Origin: Geobacteraceae bacterium
GTDB lineage: Bacteria; Desulfobacterota; Desulfuromonadia; Geobacterales; Pseudopelobacteraceae
Direction: 5' to 3'
Length of the DNA: 64,000 nucleotides
Assembly (NCBI GenBank): GCA_036732725.1
Contig: DAINBV010000012.1
Coordinates: 13,524 to 77,523, forward strand
The position numbers and the translations under genes are program-made. The notes beneath the pieces are model-generated. The model did no database searches and was not told the origin of the DNA. It worked only from the letters and a program-made list of their open reading frames with translations. This document shows positions 58,584-64,000 of this stretch, piece by piece. Position 1 is the first letter of the stretch, and the number at the start of each line of letters is the position of its first letter.

Positions 58584-60709
58584 GAGAGGTCGTGACCGAC
58601 TACGAACATTGCATAGCGGAAAATCCGTTGGTGTTGATTGTCGAGGATGACCACGGCTCTGCCGAGCTGATGACCAGCGTGCTGCAGGAGGTGGGAATTC
58701 TCTGCCAAACCGTGGCACGAGGGCGTGCGGCGCTGACGTGGTTGAACGAGGTTACCCCAGCCTTGATCATTCTTGATTACTCACTCCCCGACATGACTGC
58801 TGCCGTGTTTGTCCAGCACATGCGGGAGTCGGGGAAAGACATTCCCTTTATCATGGTCACCGCACACGATGATTCCAATCTGGCGGTACAGATGATGAAA
58901 ATCGGCGCCTGCGACTACCTGCTCAAAGAGTCAGCGTTCCTTGAACGCTTGCCGGCGGTGGTCACCCGGGTGCTGCACGAAGTGGAAACCCGCGAACGTT
59001 TGCGGCGCACGGAAGAATCCCTGCGTCAAAGCGAAGCTCGCCTGGTACGTGCCCAGAAGATTGCCGGCATGGGAAGCTGGGAATGGAACATCAAGAACGG
59101 CGAAATTTACTGGTCCGACGAGCTGTTCCGTATTTTCGGACTTGAACCGCTATCCCAGCGAGCGATCACCATGGATTGGCTGTTCAGCCTGATCAATCCA
59201 ACCGATCTTCCAGCTTTCAAAAAAGTCATGTTTGCCACCGCCAAGAACGGCACCCCGTTTAATATTGTCTATCGCGTCAACTCCAAGACCGAAGGGGAAA
59301 TCGTCGTCAACAGCCAGGGGGAGGTTGAGTGCGGTCCCGATGGGAAACCGTTACTGGTCTCGGCCACTACGCTCGACATTACCGCCCGGATCCGCGCCGA
59401 AAGCGAAATTCAGCAACTGATCAACTACGACACCCTGACCGGCCTTCCCAACCGCAGCCTGTTGCATGACCGCCTGAAACTGGCAATTGCCCAGGCCGCC
59501 CGTGAAAACCTGTTGTTGGGAGTATTGATTCTTGATCTGGATCGTTTCAAAGACATCAATGACACCCTTGGTCACCGCATTGGAGACAAACTCCTCAAGA
59601 CCGTTGCCAAGCGGCTCTCTGCCTGTGTACGTGAGAGTGATACCCTGGCGAGAATCGGTGGCGATGAATTTGTCGCCATTCTGGTGGGGGTACACCATTT
59701 AGATGGTATTACCACCGTTGCCAAGAAGGTTTTGGCGCTGATTTCCGAACCGGCCTATATCGAGGAGCATGAGATCTACACCTCCGGCAGCATCGGCATT
59801 GCCGTCTATCCGGTGGATGGCGATGATAGTCACACCTTGATCAAGCATGCAGACCTTGCCATGTATCAGGCTAAGGAACTGGATCGCAACAATTTCCAGT
59901 TTTTCTCCCGTGACATGAATATCAAGATGCTGGAGCGGATGATGCTGGAAAACTCCATGCGCAAGGCACTGGAGCGGGAGGAATTTTTTCTGGTCTACCA
60001 GCCGCAGGTCGATGTGCGCAGCGGCAGAATCACCGGCATGGAAGCGCTCCTACGCTGGCAGCACCCCGATCTTGGCCTGTTATCACCCGACAAGTTCATC
60101 TATCTGGCGGAAGAAACCGGCTTTATCATCCCGATTGGTGAGTGGGTGCTGCGCACCGCCTGTAACCAGAACAAGGAATGGCAGAATCAGGGGTTCCCGC
60201 CAGTGCGTATGGCGGTCAACCTGTCTGCCAAACAGTTTGTACAAAAGCAGCTTGACGAGTCGATCGCTGCCATTTTGATGGAATCAGGACTGGATCCCCA
60301 GTGGCTGGAGCTGGAAATAACCGAAAGCGCCATCATGAAAGATGCCGAGCAGAACGCCGAGATGCTGCGCAAGTTCAGGGAGATGGGGGCAAGCATCGCC
60401 ATTGACGACTTCGGCACCGGTTACTCATCATTGTCGTATTTGAAGCACTTCCCGATTACCCGGCTCAAAATCGACCGCTCCTTTGTGCGCGACATCACCT
60501 CCAACCCGGATGACGCCGCCATCGCCGAGATTATTATTGCCATGGCACAGACACTGAAACTGGAAGTAATTGCCGAAGGGGTCGAGACCCGCTCGCAACT
60601 GGAATTTTTGTCATTCAACAACTGTGTCGAGATGCAGGGTTTTCTGTTCAGCCGCCCGGTACCGGCAGCAGAATTCACCCGCTTTTTTCAGCAGGGGTTG
60701 AAATACTAA
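58580..60709 (+). CDS. Response regulator with REC-PAS-GGDEF-EAL architecture (c-di-GMP turnover)
   Basis: REC (LIVEDD...LIILDYSLPDM), PAS (GSWEWNIKNGEIYWSDELFRIFG), intact GGDEF (RIGGDEFVAIL), intact EAL (EALLRW, DDFGTGYSSL). ATGA overlap with glmU. Confidence 0.9.
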   Translation: MREVVTDYEHCIAENPLVLIVEDDHGSAELMTSVLQEVGILCQTVARGRAALTWLNEVTPALIILDYSLPDMTAAVFVQHMRESGKDIPFIMVTAHDDSNLAVQMMKIGACDYLLKESAFLERLPAVVTRVLHEVETRERLRRTEESLRQSEARLVRAQKIAGMGSWEWNIKNGEIYWSDELFRIFGLEPLSQRAITMDWLFSLINPTDLPAFKKVMFATAKNGTPFNIVYRVNSKTEGEIVVNSQGEVECGPDGKPLLVSATTLDITARIRAESEIQQLINYDTLTGLPNRSLLHDRLKLAIAQAARENLLLGVLILDLDRFKDINDTLGHRIGDKLLKTVAKRLSACVRESDTLARIGGDEFVAILVGVHHLDGITTVAKKVLALISEPAYIEEHEIYTSGSIGIAVYPVDGDDSHTLIKHADLAMYQAKELDRNNFQFFSRDMNIKMLERMMLENSMRKALEREEFFLVYQPQVDVRSGRITGMEALLRWQHPDLGLLSPDKFIYLAEETGFIIPIGEWVLRTACNQNKEWQNQGFPPVRMAVNLSAKQFVQKQLDESIAAILMESGLDPQWLELEITESAIMKDAEQNAEMLRKFREMGASIAIDDFGTGYSSLSYLKHFPITRLKIDRSFVRDITSNPDDAAIAEIIIAMAQTLKLEVIAEGVETRSQLEFLSFNNCVEMQGFLFSRPVPAAEFTRFFQQGLKY

Positions 60710-60715
60710 CTCCGC

Positions 60716-61471
60716 CTACCTTAACTGTAATACCCGCCGACTGGTTTTCGCACAGAGCTCCGCCACCAACTCCCGTTCAACCCCCTTGATCTCCGCAATT
60801 GCTTGAACCGTCTCCACCAGCCAGGCCGGTTGATTGGGAAGCCCCCGGTATCTCCGGGGTGGCAGATCCGGTGCATCGGTTTCGACCACCAGACACTCCA
60901 AGGGCAATTCCCGGACGAGACGAGCAGGACGCCAGGCATTATCACGGGTAATGCTGGCGGCAATTGAAATCACGAAATTGAGCTTGATAAACTCCCGCGC
61001 CATTTCCAGGGAACCGGAATAGGCGTGCATGATTCCCCCCACCCGATCCCCCTGTTCTTCCTTCAAAATCTGCAGCGTGCGCTGAAATGCGTGACGGCAA
61101 TGGATCAAAACCGGTTTACGGTGCAGAACCGCCAGTCGCAATTGCCGGCGAAAGGCAGTTTCCTGCAGCTCCAGCGAAACCTGGTAGGAAGGATCAAGAC
61201 CGATTTCACCGACCGCAACGCAGGATGACATTCGATCCGCTAGACACTCCAGTACATGATCATTGAGACAATCGCTGTGCATCGGATGCACGCCATAGGC
61301 CGGCATGACGCCCTCATACCGGGCAGCTACTGCGGCAATCCGATCCCAATGATCGGGATGCACCCCCGGCACCACAAACTGCGTCACCCCGGCAGCACGG
61401 GCATCGGCCATGATGGTCGCCAGACGTGATTGAAGCGGCTCAAGGTCGAGGTGGCAATGGGTATCAATCAT
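60716..61471 (-). CDS. TatD-family metal-dependent hydrolase (DNase)
   Basis: MIDTHCHLD N-terminal metal site, IGEIGLD, IHCR, and DAP motifs. Confidence 0.9.
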   Translation of the reverse strand: MIDTHCHLDLEPLQSRLATIMADARAAGVTQFVVPGVHPDHWDRIAAVAARYEGVMPAYGVHPMHSDCLNDHVLECLADRMSSCVAVGEIGLDPSYQVSLELQETAFRRQLRLAVLHRKPVLIHCRHAFQRTLQILKEEQGDRVGGIMHAYSGSLEMAREFIKLNFVISIAASITRDNAWRPARLVRELPLECLVVETDAPDLPPRRYRGLPNQPAWLVETVQAIAEIKGVERELVAELCAKTSRRVLQLR

Positions 61472-61474
61472 GAT

Positions 61475-63046
61475 TCAGCTCAATGCTTGCGAAGCGTCGA
61501 TCAGGACAACCGGTACGCCAAAGGCTTTTTCAAACAGATCTTTTTTGGTAGTGCCACCGAACAGCTCAACGGAAATGTCGCCATCGCCGGCAACTGTAAT
61601 CGTACAGCGCGCAGGAGTAACAACCGTGGAAAGTGACGTAACCGCGGAACTGCGTCGGCGATCGAGTCCGTCGGCAAGCCTCAGGATGCCACCCAGCTGC
61701 GCCACCCGCTTCTGGTCGTTTTCCGGCAAGGCATTGAAGCTATCGTGTTTGCGTTTGGGGAGTGCTTTACGATGGTAGCGAGCAAGCTGGGCAATAATCT
61801 CCCGCTCCGCCGGAGTGAATCCGTAGAGATCGGCATGGCGAATCAGGTGGTAAGAATGTTTATGATGGCTGCTGTAGGCGATGAAATAACCGACATCATG
61901 CAGGATTGAGGCGGCTTCCAAAAGTTTGCGATCTCCTTTGGAAATGGCAAAAGGAGTGGCAACGGTATCAAAGAGTGCCAGCGCCAGATGTGACACCTGT
62001 AGTGCGTGCTGTTCATCGCAACGGCATGAGCGAGCAAATTCCAGCGCCGCTTCACGCCACGAGGAGATCCTGGCGCCGTGTGGCATGAGCTGGTGTTTCT
62101 CCATTGCCTTGACAATCAACCCTTCCCTGATCCCCCGTTCATTCACCAGAATCTGGTTGGCGCCACAGTACTGCATCAGTTCGTCCACCACCCCGATCCC
62201 CGCCACGATGATATCCGCACGATCGGCATTCAGGCCGGGGATCAGCCGCCGCTCCTTGAGCTCCTTACGCGACAGCATGGATAGGATATGCACGACCTCC
62301 GAGCGGAGCAGCTGATAGCCATGCACCGACGGATAGTTGGCCCCCCGCATATTCATCACCATGGCGCCAAGCGCTGTGACCGTTCCGCCGGAGCCGATCA
62401 TGGTCAGCATCGGCAAGCTGTGGCGAAAATGTTTTTTGAGCGTATCACGCACATGACGCTGCAATTTTTTCAGTTCGGCCGGGGTTGGCGGATCGTGACG
62501 GATAAATTGTTCCGTCATGACAACCGCACCAAGGTCAAGAGAGTAGCATTCCTCGATATGGTTACCAAGCGCCGTGGTAATTTCCAGACTGCCGCCACCG
62601 ATATCGAACACGGCATAGCGCTTGTATTCCATGTCAAAGTGCCGCTGGGCCGAGATCATGGCCAGTTCCGCTTCTTCCAGGCCGCTGATCACCCGGATCG
62701 GATGACCAAGTTTGTGTGAAAGTTCCATCAGCAACTGCTCGCCGTTGCGGGCGCTCCGCATGGCGCTGGTTGCAATCGCCTCAACCGCCACGACTTTCAT
62801 CCCTTCGATCAAACGCCTGAATCGCCCGGCAACCTCCAGCGCCCGCTGCGCAGCCTCGTCCGTAATAACACCGCTCTGCAGCAGGTTTTCTCCCAGCCGG
62901 ACACTGCTTTTTTCATCGTCAAGAACCTTGAAACCACCTTTGGAATCAGATTCAACAATGATACAACGGATAGAATTGGTTCCAATATCGATTGCTGCCA
63001 GGCGCTGTGATTTCACCGGCGGTCTCCTTGCGCTTGAGATCTTCAT
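61475..63046 (-). CDS. ppx: Ppx/GppA-family exopolyphosphatase / pppGpp phosphohydrolase with C-terminal HD domain
   Basis: AAIDIGTNSIRC (ASKHA phosphate-1), DIGGGSLE. HD region is ILHDVGYFIAYSSHHKHSYHLI. Confidence 0.85.
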   Translation of the reverse strand: MKISSARRPPVKSQRLAAIDIGTNSIRCIIVESDSKGGFKVLDDEKSSVRLGENLLQSGVITDEAAQRALEVAGRFRRLIEGMKVVAVEAIATSAMRSARNGEQLLMELSHKLGHPIRVISGLEEAELAMISAQRHFDMEYKRYAVFDIGGGSLEITTALGNHIEECYSLDLGAVVMTEQFIRHDPPTPAELKKLQRHVRDTLKKHFRHSLPMLTMIGSGGTVTALGAMVMNMRGANYPSVHGYQLLRSEVVHILSMLSRKELKERRLIPGLNADRADIIVAGIGVVDELMQYCGANQILVNERGIREGLIVKAMEKHQLMPHGARISSWREAALEFARSCRCDEQHALQVSHLALALFDTVATPFAISKGDRKLLEAASILHDVGYFIAYSSHHKHSYHLIRHADLYGFTPAEREIIAQLARYHRKALPKRKHDSFNALPENDQKRVAQLGGILRLADGLDRRRSSAVTSLSTVVTPARCTITVAGDGDISVELFGGTTKKDLFEKAFGVPVVLIDASQALS

Positions 63047-63376
63047 ACTTGGGCTGAGAAGTATACAACATATTCAAGATGCCGTCATCGTGCAAGGAAC
63101 AGGTGCCAATTTGCCCCGCCAGCAGATACCGAATAGCCTCAACAGCACTCCCGGATAACCGGATGTAAGAAATACAACTCAGATGAAATAATGTTGACAA
63201 ATAGCAACGCTTGCTTTAACAATTTTTTGCTTTGTTGCGTATTGAAATGCCCTTTTAGTAAGTTAGACGTTATTTTTTTGCACGTTGTAAGTTTACCAAC
63301 CATCAATTCCCGCATGGTAATGAGTGAAGGTACTGATCCCGTTTGGGAGCATGTCAGAAAATATTTCGTTTAAGCA

Positions 63377-63400
63377 CTTATCCTGAGCAGTCAGGATAAG
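63377..63400 (+). promoter_or_regulatory. Perfect 10-bp hairpin / inverted repeat in the hppA leader
   Basis: CTTATCCTGA-GCAG-TCAGGATAAG, ending 28 nt upstream of ATG 63429 and just before the AGGAGG RBS. Confidence 0.3.
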
Positions 63401-63428
63401 GCTATTCTTAACACAGGAGGGTTTAGTA

Positions 63429-64000
63429 ATGGAACAGTATGCAGTAATGTTTGCCCTGGTTTGTGCCGCCGCAGCCGTGGCGTATGGATTGTTCACGGCT
63501 CAGTGGATCCTGGGGCTCCCTCAGGGGAATGAGCGGATGAAACAGATCGCCGCCGCGATCCAGGAAGGCGCTGGCGCCTACATGAAGCGTCAGTACACCA
63601 TCATCGCCATGGTCGGTGTGGTCATGTTCATTGCTCTTTTTGCAACCCTGGGTGTCAAAACAGCTGTCGGCTTTGCAGTCGGTGCAATTTTTTCCGGTTT
63701 GACCGGTTTTATCGGCATGTTCGTATCGGTGCGCGCCAACGTACGTACCACGGAAGCTGCCAAGAGCGGTATTGTTACAGCGCTGAACGTCGCTTTCAAA
63801 GGTGGCGCCATCACCGGCATGCTGGTGGTTGGTCTCGGCCTGCTGGGTGTTGCCGGTTACTATCTGATTCTGCAGAAACTGATGCCGGGCGCACCGATCA
63901 AAGAAGTCGTCAGCCAGCTGGTCGGCCTCGGTTTCGGTGGTTCGCTGATCTCGATCTTTGCCCGTCTCGGTGGCGGTATCTTTACCAAGGGCGCTGACGT
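63429..64000 (+). CDS. hppA: Membrane-bound proton/sodium-translocating pyrophosphatase, N-terminal part (3' end outside window)
   Basis: [22 protein letters not shown]...[17 protein letters not shown]...[11 protein letters not shown]...L..AF.GGA..G is the conserved H+-PPase N-terminus. RBS AGGAGG. The frame is open to the window end, so it is absent from the ORF track. Confidence 0.9.
   Translation, partial: MEQYAVMFALVCAAAAVAYGLFTAQWILGLPQGNERMKQIAAAIQEGAGAYMKRQYTIIAMVGVVMFIALFATLGVKTAVGFAVGAIFSGLTGFIGMFVSVRANVRTTEAAKSGIVTALNVAFKGGAITGMLVVGLGLLGVAGYYLILQKLMPGAPIKEVVSQLVGLGFGGSLISIFARLGGGIFTKGAD

Overview
This is a dense, high-GC chromosomal segment. Hand counts of 60-nt sample lines give about 60% G+C. 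The gene content looks like a Desulfuromonadales / Geobacter-like deltaproteobacterium: futalosine-pathway hydrolase, DUF3365 haem-type sensor kinase, membrane H+-pyrophosphatase, many REC/GGDEF signalling proteins. That taxonomic call is inference only. I support about 57 protein genes, mostly housekeeping. They include copA with a YcgN-like partner, a five-gene TolC-MFP-RND efflux operon, purC, priA, an MsbA-like ABC exporter, an HtrA protease with an OmpR-type regulator, ppsR, prmA-rsmE, mutL, moaC-mog, lon, hypA, miaA, engB-folE2-mqnB, an OmpA/Pal-like lipoprotein, rimO, mreB, mutS2, plsC, rnhA, glmU, a REC-PAS-GGDEF-EAL protein, tatD, ppx/gppA and the 5' end of hppA. I found no rRNA, tRNA, CRISPR array, transposase or integrase. 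The main finding is an AT-rich island of about 8.4 kb (about 44.74-53.15 kb; sample lines 35-43% G+C against 60% in both flanks). It carries five co-directional, overlapping genes: PilV-like, PilW-like and PilX-like minor pilins, a 1709-aa PilY1-like protein, and a FimT/GspH-like pseudopilin. In the PilY1-like protein only the C-terminal ~680 aa carry recognisable PilY1 propeller/Ca-site motifs. No major pilin, prepilin peptidase, ATPase or secretin lies nearby. A second notable arrangement is MutS2 translationally coupled (ATGA overlap) to a small GGQ-motif release-factor-like protein with a basic tail, which may be a ribosome-rescue pair. All domain calls come from motif recognition by eye; no database search was run.
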